Part shown: positions 50,910 through 60,594 of the stretch, piece by piece
Layout: every line of letters begins with the position of its first letter
Numbering within the stretch: the stretch's first letter is position 1
Translations under genes and position numbers: made by a program
Notes under the pieces: model-generated
Told to the model about the DNA's origin: nothing
The model's database searches: none
What the model saw: only the letters and a program-made list of their open reading frames with translations
From: Spirochaetota bacterium
GTDB lineage: Bacteria; Spirochaetota; UBA12135; COTS27; CBDBHE01
DNA length: 64,000 nt
Direction of reading: 5' to 3'
Assembly (NCBI GenBank): GCA_965205605.1
Contig: CBDBHE010000008.1
Span: forward strand, 64,001 to 128,000

Positions 50910-52790
50910 CTAAGACATCCTATTAATAAGAGTATCAAGCATTTCATCAATCGCACTAATGAGCTTTGCTGAAGCTCTATAACCATACTGCATCGCAACC
51001 ATATTAGCCATTTCTTCATCAATATTGACTCCTGAAACGGATTGCTGTAGTGTTTGTAAATTGGAAACGATCGATTCATATTTACTTACTTCCAAATCCG
51101 CTACGGCTCCTTTAGAACCAACGTCGTCAATCATAGAAACATAAAATTCATTAAACGTTTTTTGATTATCAAGCATAAAATTTACTTGCCTTAAATTTGA
51201 AATATCAAGAGCAACTCTCCCGTCCCCACTCCCATTACTAATTTCTGCTCCACCAATGCCATCATAGTCTGTGCCATGAGCACTAGCGACTAATTGAGGA
51301 TCTTTTTGAATATCTTCTCTAAGATTAATCCAGCTAGAAGGGTGATACATCGGCATGGTTTTAAAATCTGCCCCCTCAGCAAGTGAAGACGCTACGCTAT
51401 TAAGTACATCATATTGAAACGCTGTATTTGGAGCTATTAAAACACCACTAATACCTGTTAATAGATTGCCCGTGTCTTCCAAATAATCAATGGAAAAAGG
51501 CTGTGGCCCGTTAGAATTCCCTTTAACAACAAGTTGCTTATTATGATTAAGATGGAAACTAATTTCTGATTGAGAATGATTGACTCTTTCAATGACTTCA
51601 CTAATGCGATCATCTGCTTGATAAGGAACTTCGATAATTTCACCCTCTTTTCTTAGTCGAATGATTCCTCCACTACCAATAGGAGCACTACCTTCTATTT
51701 TAGCACTTCCTACTACTTGAAAAATCAAAGTAGAATCAAAAACACCATCTTGATTAAGGTCATAATTTCCTTGTATATCAGAGCTCAAAGGATTTTCTTG
51801 AAAAAAAACACCCCCTCTAGCATCATAAGCATTAAATCCTCTTTGATGAATCTCATTAACAGCAACTATTAAATTGGCTGCTAAAGTGTCTAATCGTTTA
51901 ATTTGATTTTTAAGATGCTCATCTCTTGCAATTAGGTTTGCTTTTAAAGCACCCGATTGAGGGGCAAATCGATCATTACTTTCTTCCCAGTAAATATCAA
52001 AATGAGCTTCATTTTCAGGATTTTCTTCTAATTTCAACTGTTTTGTTTCAGGCCCTTGAACTAACATTTTTCCTGCTGTAAAAATCATAATTTCGTTATC
52101 ATCGTTAAAGCTAATTTTAACGTTAATCATTTTTGAAACTTCATGAATTAAATGATCTCGTTTATCGAGAAGATCATTTGGGTTATCTCCCAAGGCTTGT
52201 GATTGCAAAATTTTAGTATTAATGTCAGCTACTGATTTTGCAATTTGATTAATACGAGAAACATCCGATCGAATTTTTTCATTAAGTTCATGTCTGAGTT
52301 CATTAAATCTGTTAAATTGGGTATTAAATTGCCTTGAAAGTGCCACTGAACGCTGAACTAATTCTTGACGAACAGCAGGTTCGGAGGGGTTTTTTGAAAG
52401 TTCTTGCCAAGAAACCCAAAAACGATCCATGTCTTCTTGAAGATTTTGTTCTTCTAAAGCATGATGAACATCTTCTATTTGATGAAGGTTATTTTGATTT
52501 GTTTTCCAAAACTCTTTATTAGCTGTTTCGGCATTAATTCTAATATCAAGATACTTGTCTCTTTCTCTTCGAATTTCACTGACTTGAACACCCTGTCCAA
52601 TTTGACCAGCAACTTCAGCTCTATTTAAAGCAGGCTCATAAAGTGGATCCACAGCAGATAAAATCGCTCTTTGTCTAGAATAAGTCTTATTATCAGCATT
52701 AGAAATATTGTGGCCAATAACACTTAATCCCTTTTGATGCGCCATTAAAGAACGCTTGCCAATTTCAATCCCTAAAAAAGTTGATGCCAT
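50910..52790 (-). CDS. flgK: Flagellar hook-associated protein FlgK
   Basis: 'STF.GIEIGKRSL', 'GHNISNA...YSRQR', 'PNDLLD.RD', 'SVSGVNIDEEM'. Confidence 0.97.
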   Translation of the reverse strand: MASTFLGIEIGKRSLMAHQKGLSVIGHNISNADNKTYSRQRAILSAVDPLYEPALNRAEVAGQIGQGVQVSEIRRERDKYLDIRINAETANKEFWKTNQNNLHQIEDVHHALEEQNLQEDMDRFWVSWQELSKNPSEPAVRQELVQRSVALSRQFNTQFNRFNELRHELNEKIRSDVSRINQIAKSVADINTKILQSQALGDNPNDLLDKRDHLIHEVSKMINVKISFNDDNEIMIFTAGKMLVQGPETKQLKLEENPENEAHFDIYWEESNDRFAPQSGALKANLIARDEHLKNQIKRLDTLAANLIVAVNEIHQRGFNAYDARGGVFFQENPLSSDIQGNYDLNQDGVFDSTLIFQVVGSAKIEGSAPIGSGGIIRLRKEGEIIEVPYQADDRISEVIERVNHSQSEISFHLNHNKQLVVKGNSNGPQPFSIDYLEDTGNLLTGISGVLIAPNTAFQYDVLNSVASSLAEGADFKTMPMYHPSSWINLREDIQKDPQLVASAHGTDYDGIGGAEISNGSGDGRVALDISNLRQVNFMLDNQKTFNEFYVSMIDDVGSKGAVADLEVSKYESIVSNLQTLQQSVSGVNIDEEMANMVAMQYGYRASAKLISAIDEMLDTLINRMS

Positions 52791-52834
52791 TTTTTACCTC
52801 CTTTTAAAAACTAAAATAAAATAAAATTCTTTTC

Positions 52835-53197
52835 TTAAACTCTCACCAAGCATAAACCATTTCCTTTATGTTGAGACTGCATTCCATTTTTTTCATAGGT
52901 ATCTAACGTTGCCGTATTGATTTGGCTAGCAAAAAACTGGGAAATATAACCGATTTCTTGAGTGATTTGCTTATTAATAAGAAACAAATTTTTATATTGA
53001 TTAATAAGAGTTTTTGTTGTTTTTTCTTTAAAAAAATCTTTTATAAAACCCGATTTTTTTAATAAAGAAATAAGAGAAAATTGTTTTTGACATAATTTTT
53101 CTAATTGTTTCCAATGTCCTTTTTCAAGGTATTGTTTTTTTATCTTTTCTAAACGAATCAGATTTTTAATTAAAAAAGGAAAATTGCCTTGTATCAT
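52835..53197 (-). CDS. flgN: Probable FlgN-like flagellar export chaperone
   Basis: Helical 120 aa protein directly upstream of flgK; C-terminal 'N..I......TY.KNG' pattern; divergent. Confidence 0.55.
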   Translation of the reverse strand: MIQGNFPFLIKNLIRLEKIKKQYLEKGHWKQLEKLCQKQFSLISLLKKSGFIKDFFKEKTTKTLINQYKNLFLINKQITQEIGYISQFFASQINTATLDTYEKNGMQSQHKGNGLCLVRV

Positions 53198-53386
53198 TCT
53201 TATTTATAAAATTTTCAAAAAACTCATTTTTTTTACATGAAATAATTCGGAAAAAATACAATTTTGATTATTAAAAATTTATTTGTTATTATTTTCTAAA
53301 AAAAGTCGATAAGTTTTTTTGATAAACTCACAAGCTCAATATAAAATAAATTATCATATCTCCAAAAAAATACTTTTTATCAAAAA

Positions 53387-55141
53387 TTGCTTTTTAAAAA
53401 AAATTTATATTTTATCTTATTTGCCTTTATCCTTTTTGGAATTTTTATTATTATAAAAAATCTATTTGTAAACATTGTTTACCAACAAAAATATTACAAA
53501 AAATATCAACCAATTGTCAAAGGTATTAATAATTTTTATAAAAATTATTTAAAAGATTTTAATCAAATCTCTAAAAAAAAATTAGAAAAACTTAATAAGG
53601 CTCTCTATAAAAATCAAGAAAAAATATTACCCAACATCATCATTCATTATCAAGAAGACCTAAAGCCAATCAGTATTGTAAGCCCAAAAATACGAAGCAA
53701 ACAACTTTTGAAAATAATCGATGAAGAAATTAGAACAAAAATGAAAGAGAAACAATTTCACATTTCTTCTCAAACCAAAATGCTTTTTTTTAAGACACCT
53801 ACATTCAATTCTTCTCTTTCAACTTATTTGGGCTTTGTTGATAAAACTTACAAAGAAAAAATTTTTTTCATTGAAAAAGCTTTTTTAATTTCATATTGTT
53901 TCTTAATTGTTTCTCTTTTTTTACTGATTACTTTTTTAAAAAGTCTTAGAGTGTATTTAGCTAAAAAAAAAATTAGCCAATACAAAAAAAAAACCATCGA
54001 AGGAAAAGAAAAAAAATTTAAAATTATTATTGAAAAAGAACTCATTTCTGAAGCTTTTCACTTTAAAGAATTACTTTTTAAAAATGATTTTTTAGATAAA
54101 AAGCCTTCAAAAAACAACCCTTCTAAATTAAATAAAACAGAAAATGCAACCTCTACGATAAGGCCTTTAGAAGAAATTATTGAATATGAAAATCAATATG
54201 AAAAGCATTTTAATCAAATGAAATTGCTTAAAAAATTAAGTGATTTAAGCTTTAAAGTTTATCAAGTGGAAAATATACTTGAAATTTACCTTAGGGTTAT
54301 TATTCAACTTTTTAACCCTATTAATGAAATTAAATTTTTTTTGAAAAGTGAAAAAGAAGATTTTTTCTATCTAGCTTGCCGGTTTTTTGAAAATAAAACA
54401 AACTATTATAAAGAGCAAATATCTCAAGGAGAGCACCTTTACCCCAAAATAGGGCCTTTAGGACAAGCTATCTATCAAATGCGAATCTTCAAAGAAGAAG
54501 GTAAAAATTTTACTCAATACTTCATTCCTTTTTTTGAAAATGAAGCGGTGCTTGGAATATTACAAATTAACTTTAAAAATACTTCTGAAGCATTAGAAAA
54601 AGAATTACTTTTTTTAAAACATCTTTTAAGGCATCTTTCTTATAATATTCAAAATGTCAAATTAATTCAAAAAAAACAACTTTACCCTAAGGTCAATCTT
54701 TTAAACGAGTCAAGTCTTCAAAATGAATTGAAAAAAATGATTAAAGAAAAAACAAGTCGATACTCATTTACTATTTGTTTTTTAGAAGTGCTTTCTTTTT
54801 CAAAAGAACAAAAAAAAAACTTAAGCCTTATGAATTTTTCTAACGAAAAATTTTCAGAATATCTAAGTCAATATCGAAATATAAAAACTCACATTTATTT
54901 TCTTAATAAAGAATACTTTTCAATTCTTTTTCTAGGCTCAAAAGACAAGTGGCAACCCATTCTTTCAAAAATTGTAGAAGAAAGCGAAAGAATGACTTTT
55001 AAATTTTTAAATGAAGAAGTCAAATTAAAAATAAACATCGGTCTTTTTGAAATTAAAAAAGGAGAAAAACAAACAATCGATAAAATTTTTAAAAAAGTGA
55101 TTAAAGATTTAAAAATATATCAAGCCTATTTAAATCACTAA
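53387..55141 (+). CDS. Membrane protein with GAF-like and degenerate GGDEF-like domains
   Basis: Two TMs; 'GPLGQAI....FIPF......LGILQI' (GAF-like); 'FTICFLEV', 'IYFLNKEYFSILF' where RYGGDEF is expected, 'KINIG'. Confidence 0.55.
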   Translation: MLFKKNLYFILFAFILFGIFIIIKNLFVNIVYQQKYYKKYQPIVKGINNFYKNYLKDFNQISKKKLEKLNKALYKNQEKILPNIIIHYQEDLKPISIVSPKIRSKQLLKIIDEEIRTKMKEKQFHISSQTKMLFFKTPTFNSSLSTYLGFVDKTYKEKIFFIEKAFLISYCFLIVSLFLLITFLKSLRVYLAKKKISQYKKKTIEGKEKKFKIIIEKELISEAFHFKELLFKNDFLDKKPSKNNPSKLNKTENATSTIRPLEEIIEYENQYEKHFNQMKLLKKLSDLSFKVYQVENILEIYLRVIIQLFNPINEIKFFLKSEKEDFFYLACRFFENKTNYYKEQISQGEHLYPKIGPLGQAIYQMRIFKEEGKNFTQYFIPFFENEAVLGILQINFKNTSEALEKELLFLKHLLRHLSYNIQNVKLIQKKQLYPKVNLLNESSLQNELKKMIKEKTSRYSFTICFLEVLSFSKEQKKNLSLMNFSNEKFSEYLSQYRNIKTHIYFLNKEYFSILFLGSKDKWQPILSKIVEESERMTFKFLNEEVKLKINIGLFEIKKGEKQTIDKIFKKVIKDLKIYQAYLNH

Positions 55142-55151
55142 ATAAAGCCAT

Positions 55152-56234
55152 TCATTTAAAAATACTAGAAGCGATCTCATTAACTAAAAAATCAAGAGGA
55201 TTTTTGGTTTGTTTATTTGCTTGTTTACTTGTTTGTTTTTGTTTTAAAATTTGCTTTATTTCTTTTAAAAAATCAATTGTTTTTAAAGAATCTTCCAAAA
55301 TAATTTTAGCAGGGATGTGGTTTAAAGCTTCTTTTGCATTAAGATACTGCTCATTCTTTTGAGCGATTTTAAGGGGAATGAAAAAAACTTTTTTTTGACA
55401 CCAAATGAGTTCAGAGACCATTCCAGCTCCAGAACGAGAAATCACTAAAGAAGCGATTTTAATTAACAAAGGAAACATGAAAGTATAAGCAAAAGGAAAA
55501 TAAGTTTGATTTTTTTTAACCCTACACTGATCTAAATAATTTTTACCTACTTGATGCAAAACAATGTAATTTGAACATAATTTTTTTAAATGAAAATCGA
55601 CAAGTTGGTTGATTAAAACAGAGCCATTGCCCCCACCACAAAAAAGCAAAATAGGTTTGGTGAGAGATTTTAAATCAAGCCCTTCAAAAAAAAGTGACTT
55701 GGGGAGAGGTTTCAAAAAATCATTTCTAATAGGATAACCCGAAAAAACAATTTTTTTAGGGGGAAAATTTTTCCTAGAAGCTTCAAAAGAAATAAAGATT
55801 TTTTTAACAAAAAAAGAAGCAATACGATTAGCTAATCCACCATAGGTTGTTTGCTCATGAAGATAAACTTGATAACCCAAAAGAGAGCTCATGATCACAA
55901 CGGGCAAACTAACAAAACCTCCTGTAGAAAACACAAGGCCTTTTTTTCTAAAAAATCTAATGAAAATAAAAAAACATTGAAAGCATCCTAAAAGAAAAAA
56001 GAAAAATTCTGAAAAATGACTAAATGTAAATGTTCTTCGATACTTGCCTGTAAAAATAGCGTAATAAAAAACATGGGCTTCTTTAACTAATTTCTTTTCA
56101 ATTCCTTTGCGACTACCGATATAACAAACAGAACAAGAAGGATGTTTTTTCTTTAAAGCTTCAATAATCGCTAAAGCTAAAACAGTGTGTCCAGCACTAC
56201 CTCCACCTGTAAAAAAGATTTTTTTCTTGCTCAT
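55152..56234 (-). CDS. murG: MurG-family GlcNAc transferase (GT28)
   Basis: 'TGGGSAGH', 'FSTGGFVS.PV', 'HEQ', 'GGGNGS', 'ISRSGA', 'EQY.NA'; true start ATG 56234 (the longer ORF runs through the tRNA). Confidence 0.88.
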   Translation of the reverse strand: MSKKKIFFTGGGSAGHTVLALAIIEALKKKHPSCSVCYIGSRKGIEKKLVKEAHVFYYAIFTGKYRRTFTFSHFSEFFFFLLGCFQCFFIFIRFFRKKGLVFSTGGFVSLPVVIMSSLLGYQVYLHEQTTYGGLANRIASFFVKKIFISFEASRKNFPPKKIVFSGYPIRNDFLKPLPKSLFFEGLDLKSLTKPILLFCGGGNGSVLINQLVDFHLKKLCSNYIVLHQVGKNYLDQCRVKKNQTYFPFAYTFMFPLLIKIASLVISRSGAGMVSELIWCQKKVFFIPLKIAQKNEQYLNAKEALNHIPAKIILEDSLKTIDFLKEIKQILKQKQTSKQANKQTKNPLDFLVNEIASSIFK

Positions 56235-56257
56235 AAGAATAGTTTTTGATAAAAACT

Positions 56258-56329
56258 TGGGTATAGCTGGGATCGAACCAGCGACTTCTACGATGTCAAC
56301 GTAGCGCTCTCCCACTGAGCTATACACCC
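56258..56329 (-). tRNA. tRNA-Val(GAC), CCA not encoded
   Basis: GGGTGTA-TAGCTCAGTGGGAGAGC-G-CTACG-TTGACAT-CGTAG-AAGTC-GCTGG-TTCGATC-CCAGC-TATACCC-A: full cloverleaf, anticodon GAC. Confidence 0.97.
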
Positions 56330-56350
56330 TTGTGTAACTTATAAGAAGTG

Positions 56351-56390
56351 ATTTTAACATGACTATATTTAAACCTTCTATACAAATCAA
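56351..56390 (-). promoter_or_regulatory. Putative sigma70 promoter(s) for tRNA-Val-murG
   Basis: TTGATT-17 nt-TATAGT (56390-56362) plus extended -10 TGTTAAAAT (56359-56351). Confidence 0.5.
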
Positions 56391-56468
56391 AAGTTGTTTT
56401 AAATACTAGCGATATATATTTTTCTACTAAATTAAAACCAATCTTCTTTAGATAAAAAATGATTTTTT

Positions 56469-57440
56469 TTAAGGTTTTTCAATTTCTTCTTCTACTTTTG
56501 ATTTGGCTTTCTCAAGTAAAGCGATACTTTCTTTTCTAAGCTGATAATTTAATTTGACTTTCTCGGCAATTTGGGTTTGAATCTTTTTACCCATAAGTGG
56601 GATTTTGATTTTTTCAAAATCAGAAGGTTTTAAATGTGGAATAAGCCCTCCACCAGAAAATTTTTCTATTTGTAGTTTACAAATAATAGAGTTGAAACAT
56701 AATGATGAAAATTCTTTTTCAAAATCTTTATATTTTTTTTTAAAATCACATTTTAAAAATGCTCCGCTTATAATTCCTTTTTGGTCTTCTTTTACAACAT
56801 AGCTAATTCCTAAAGTTCCGTCTTTTGAAAATAAAATCTCACCTATTTTTGGTTGATATTTCTCCTTTATTTCTTCAAATTTTTTCTTTGAAATCTTTTT
56901 TTCAACTTTACTAAAACCAAAAATTGAAAAATCTGAAACCTTTAAAAATTCTTTTCCTTCATTCTGATACTCATCACTACCTACTTTTATTCTTTTTTTC
57001 CAGTTTACAATATTACCGACAACATCAAACCCGCCTTTATAACTTTCAATTTTCTTAATAATCTCATCATATTTCGGCTGAAAATACTCCGCATCAAACC
57101 TTGTCGCTTTATCCACTGCTTGCTTTGTGGTTTCAAAACAAAGCGTGTGTTTTGGTTGGTAATCGACTAAATCAAGTTCTTTTAAAAGCAGTTGCTGGGC
57201 TTCTTTGTAAAGCACTTTAGACTTGATTTGTTTTTCGTGAGCTTCTCTCACGAGTTTTTCAATAGAAACTTGAAAAGATTTTGGAAGAATTGAAATTTTA
57301 AGTTTTTCTAATACTTCTTGTGTGATACTAAAATTTGAAACCCCATAGATATTTCTTTCAATTTGATTATAGCCTAACTTACTTCTTAAAAATATAGACA
57401 AATAGAAATGGTTAAAAGAATTTTCTTTTTTTCTTAAAAG
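56469..57440 (-). pseudogene. 5'-truncated restriction-modification specificity (HsdS-like) subunit
   Basis: 'FYLSIFLRSKLG..Q', 'LEKLKI.ILP..FQ..IE', 'RFDAEYFQPKY', 'GEILFSKDGT.G', 'KIKIP....Q.QIA'; begins inside the first TRD; no methylase or endonuclease partner in the window. Confidence 0.7.
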
Positions 57441-58317
57441 CCGTAAGCCTGAGGCAGAAAAATTTCAAAGATGGGTAACAAAAGAAGTGTTGCCTTCTAT
57501 TCGAAAAACAGGCGAATATAAAATTAAAGGTATTGGCTCTAGTGCCACTGAAGATGATAAAAGACTATTTTTACGCAAGCAACTTAAAGAACACAATAAA
57601 CACTTAACTAGTGAAGCAAAAAAAGCTGGAGTAGGAAATACTGACAATAAAAAACAAAATAGTATTGAATATGCTATTTTCCAAAATGAAGGATACAAAG
57701 GGCTTTATGATGGTTTAACAAAACGTCAAATAGCAGTTAAAAAAGGATTAAAACCTGAAAATGATATATTAGACCATATGAGAAGTACAGAGTTAGCTGC
57801 CAATTTTTTTAGAGTAACGCAAACAGAAGAAAAATTAAAGCGAGAAAAAATTAAAACCAAAGAAAAAGCAAATGAAGTGCATTATTTAGTGGGTAGGAAA
57901 GTGCGTGAAACTATGTTATCTATCAGTGGTATCGCTCCTGAGGATTTGCCTTTTGTGGAAAATATTAAGAAAATTGAAAAAAAAGGAACCACTATTAGTA
58001 AATTAAAGTTTAAAGATTTTAGCCAAGATTTATGGAAAATTTGTGCCTTTATTATTTACCAAGAAGGAAAAAGTAATGAAATAACCACAAGAACTTTGAT
58101 AGAAAAATTGCCTTCCTATATCAAGATTGAAGATAAATATAAAGAAATAGCAAAGGTTAGACAAGAACCAAAATATATGATTATGGTTAGAAATATAAAA
58201 TCCAATAAAAACAACAAGCCTAATCCTATTCGACAAGGCTATTTAGAAGATATAAAGGAAGGCTTTAGATTAACACAAAAAGGAATTGATTATCTTAAGA
58301 GTGGCTTTAAGGATTAA
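57433..58317 (+). pseudogene. 5'-truncated BRO-N / DinD-like / winged-helix fusion protein
   Basis: In frame upstream of ORF 57487 is 'LKSRKPEAEKFQRWVTKEVLPSIRKTGEY' (end of BRO-N), with TAG at 57403 and no start codon before it; then DinD-like 'KRLFLR..LKEHNK.L', 'AIFQN.GY.GLY.GL', 'ILDHM.STELAAN.FR.TQTEEKLKR'; C-terminal 'EPKY...VRN.KS...GYLE....FRLTQKG..YL'. Confidence 0.72.
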
Positions 58318-58404
58318 TGCTATATTAATAAATAAATTTTTTACTGTAAATTTGTATATAGTTACTTAAAAAATCGATAAAATTAATTTTTTTAGTAGTA
58401 AAAG

Positions 58405-59130
58405 TTACTGATTAAGTTGAATAAAACAAACAAGTCTTTTGGAGGTTTTATTTCTTCTATAAGAATAAAACCATTCTTCTTCTCCAAAAGTACAACGATT
58501 AAGAACATCTATATTTTTATCACAGACTCCCAAATGATTTAAAAGAGACACAGTTAATTTTTTTAAATCAAACAAATACCCCTTTGCTTTCTGTTTAAAA
58601 AAAAGGGTTTCGTTTAATTTTTTTTCTTTTATTAAAGGCAAAAAAATTTCTAAAAGGTCTTCTTTCACCTCGTAATGTTCTCCGCAAATACCCGAGCCAA
58701 CAGCAACATGTAAATCTTCAGAAGAACTTTGATAATTTATTTTTAATAAATGAATCGCTTTTTCGATAATCCCTTTACTAATAGGTTTCCAACCTCCGTG
58801 TAAAGCACCAATTACCTTTTTTTTAGAATCATGAATCAAAATAGGTAAACAGTCTGCTGTGCGAATACATAAACATTGCCCCCTTAAGTCAGTTATAACC
58901 CCATCAAAATTTCCATAATTTTCTCCTTTGGATTGAGTTTTTTTTTTTAAAACTAAAACATCTGCTTGATGAACTTGGTTTAAAAAAATAAATTTTTTTG
59001 AAGATTCTGAATTAACAAAAGTAATTTCTTTTGAAAAATCAGTGATGTTTTTTGTAGAAAATCCATGCCGAATTCCTTGAAAATCACTTAGTTGTTTTGA
59101 ATAAAACCATTTAGTTTTTTTATTTTTCAT
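58405..59130 (-). CDS. pgeF: YfiH/PgeF (polyphenol oxidase-like) family protein
   Basis: 'HGFST', 'NQVH', 'TADCLPIL', 'HGGW', 'CT.....FYSYRR'. Confidence 0.9.
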   Translation of the reverse strand: MKNKKTKWFYSKQLSDFQGIRHGFSTKNITDFSKEITFVNSESSKKFIFLNQVHQADVLVLKKKTQSKGENYGNFDGVITDLRGQCLCIRTADCLPILIHDSKKKVIGALHGGWKPISKGIIEKAIHLLKINYQSSSEDLHVAVGSGICGEHYEVKEDLLEIFLPLIKEKKLNETLFFKQKAKGYLFDLKKLTVSLLNHLGVCDKNIDVLNRCTFGEEEWFYSYRRNKTSKRLVCFIQLNQ

Positions 59131-60028
59131 CCATCGCTCCGATTAAAGATTGAGTGGTTGTTTGATTTTTTTTTAAGTAACGCTGGTATTGTTTTAATAT
59201 TTTAAAAGAAGCCCTAGGATCAATTAAATTAGCGGTCCCAACCCCTACTAAAGTAGCTCCTGCAAGAAGGTATTCTACAACATCCTCTCCTTGATGCACT
59301 CCCCCAATAGCTAAAATAGGAAGTGAACATACTTTAGAAACTTGATAGACCATTCTAAGGATCATCGGCTTGAGTCCTACTCCAGAGTATCCCCCTATGA
59401 TTTTTTGAATCATCGGTTTACGATTATCTGTATCGATTTTCATACCAAGAAAAGTATTGGCTATAGAAAGACCATTAGCACCTGCTTCTTCACAAACAAG
59501 CGCCATTTCTTCTATAGAAGTAACAAGAGGTGAAAGCTTCACAATAATGGGTTTTTTTGAAATTTTAACACATTCATTAGTCACTTCTTTAAGTGCTTTT
59601 TTATCGAAAGCAAAACTTTTTCCTTTTTGATCAATATTAGGGCAACTAACGTTAAGTTCGATGAGGTCGATCGCTTTTAATTTAGAAAGAGCAAGCGTTA
59701 ATTTTATATATTCTTCAGTACTTTGACCTGCTATATTAATAATCTTTCTTGTTTTAATGGGCTGAAGATAAGGGTAAATATGACGAATAAAATAATCCAA
59801 ACCTTCATTTTGCAACCCTATTGAATTAATAAATCCAACTTCTGTTTCACAAACTCTAGGAGAAGGATTTCCTTCTTTTGGCTTTAATGTTAGGGTTTTA
59901 ATGGTAAACCCACCTAATGAATTAAGAGAAGAAGCCGAGCTAAAGTCATATCCATAACCAAAAGTCCCAGAAGTAGTCACAATAGGGTTTTGAAAGAAAA
60001 GCTTAGAAAAAAAAATACTTTCAGTCAT
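59120..60028 (-). CDS. pyrD: Dihydroorotate dehydrogenase, family 1B catalytic subunit
   Basis: 'SGTFGYG', 'GNP.PR', 'NSIGLQN', 'ELNVSCPN', 'VKLSP', 'GGYSG'. Confidence 0.95.
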   Translation of the reverse strand: MTESIFFSKLFFQNPIVTTSGTFGYGYDFSSASSLNSLGGFTIKTLTLKPKEGNPSPRVCETEVGFINSIGLQNEGLDYFIRHIYPYLQPIKTRKIINIAGQSTEEYIKLTLALSKLKAIDLIELNVSCPNIDQKGKSFAFDKKALKEVTNECVKISKKPIIVKLSPLVTSIEEMALVCEEAGANGLSIANTFLGMKIDTDNRKPMIQKIIGGYSGVGLKPMILRMVYQVSKVCSLPILAIGGVHQGEDVVEYLLAGATLVGVGTANLIDPRASFKILKQYQRYLKKNQTTTQSLIGAMDEK

Positions 60029-60133
60029 CTATTTAAAGATATCGTTAAACAAGAAAATGAATTGATAAGAACACATAAGTATACTATACTAAATTGCCTT
60101 TTTTTTTTAAACTTTATTTTTAAATAAACTAAA

Positions 60134-60586
60134 TTGACTATTAATGATTATGTTAAATCTGCCTCGATTATCCTTAATTTAAAAAAAAATACTAAAAAAG
60201 AAGTTATTGAGGAATTGGTTGAGTTTGCCATTATTGAAAAAAAAATTAAAAAAGAGATTAAAAATGATCTTTTAAAAAAAATTTTCAATCGAGAAGAAAA
60301 AGGAAGTACCGGATTACAAAATGGGATTGCTATTCCTCATGCAAAAACAGATTTAGTTAATGAATTCATTTTTGTTTTTGGATTTCATAAAAAAGGAGTT
60401 GCTTTTGATTCAATTGATAACAAGCCTGTCAATTTTTTAATTTTAACGATTTCCCCTGTTAGTGAATCAAGCAAACATTTAGAATTTCTATCTTATATTT
60501 GCCATAAATTAAAAGACTCTCAATTTCAAAAAAAAATTTTAAATCAGCAAAATGCAAAAGAAATCAAATCATTTCTTATAAACTAA
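60134..60586 (+). CDS. Stand-alone PTS EIIA (Fru/Ntr-type)
   Basis: 'REEKGSTG...GIAIPHAK', 'FDSID.KPV', 'HL..LS'. Confidence 0.92.
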   Translation: MTINDYVKSASIILNLKKNTKKEVIEELVEFAIIEKKIKKEIKNDLLKKIFNREEKGSTGLQNGIAIPHAKTDLVNEFIFVFGFHKKGVAFDSIDNKPVNFLILTISPVSESSKHLEFLSYICHKLKDSQFQKKILNQQNAKEIKSFLIN

Positions 60587-60594
60587 AAAAAACA

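Noticed and set aside
53230-53315. Sigma-28-like -10 elements (TCCGAATT toward flgN; GTCGATAA on the + strand); also ACCGATTT near 9402
   Set aside because: No properly spaced TAAA -35 element; matches are too weak for this composition
55205-55255. Imperfect AAACAA-type repeats at the murG 3' end (KQKQTSKQANKQTK)
   Set aside because: Short low-complexity coding stretch, not a regular array
56235-56390. 52-residue N-terminal extension of MurG in the ORF track
   Set aside because: It is read-through of the tRNA-Val gene and its promoter; MurG homology starts at ATG 56234
44780-57790. AGA at positions where Gly is expected (ThrS SRHW, DinD DHMRS, HsdS KKRI), hinting at AGA-to-Gly recoding
   Set aside because: AGA encodes invariant Arg elsewhere (Pyk VARGDLG); G-to-A mutation or base-call error explains it
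56258-58404. tRNA-anchored integrative element with att sites
   Set aside because: No integrase and no duplicated tRNA end were seen, and the foreign genes lie on the 5' side of the tRNA; reported only as a remnant
1515-59533. Many short (60-130 aa) antisense or alternate-frame ORFs, e.g. 1515+, 6131+, 7914+, 16263-, 24909+, 25239+, 33077+, 34123+, 50864-, 57465-
   Set aside because: They lie within well-supported genes and show no recognisable motifs; treated as shadow ORFs
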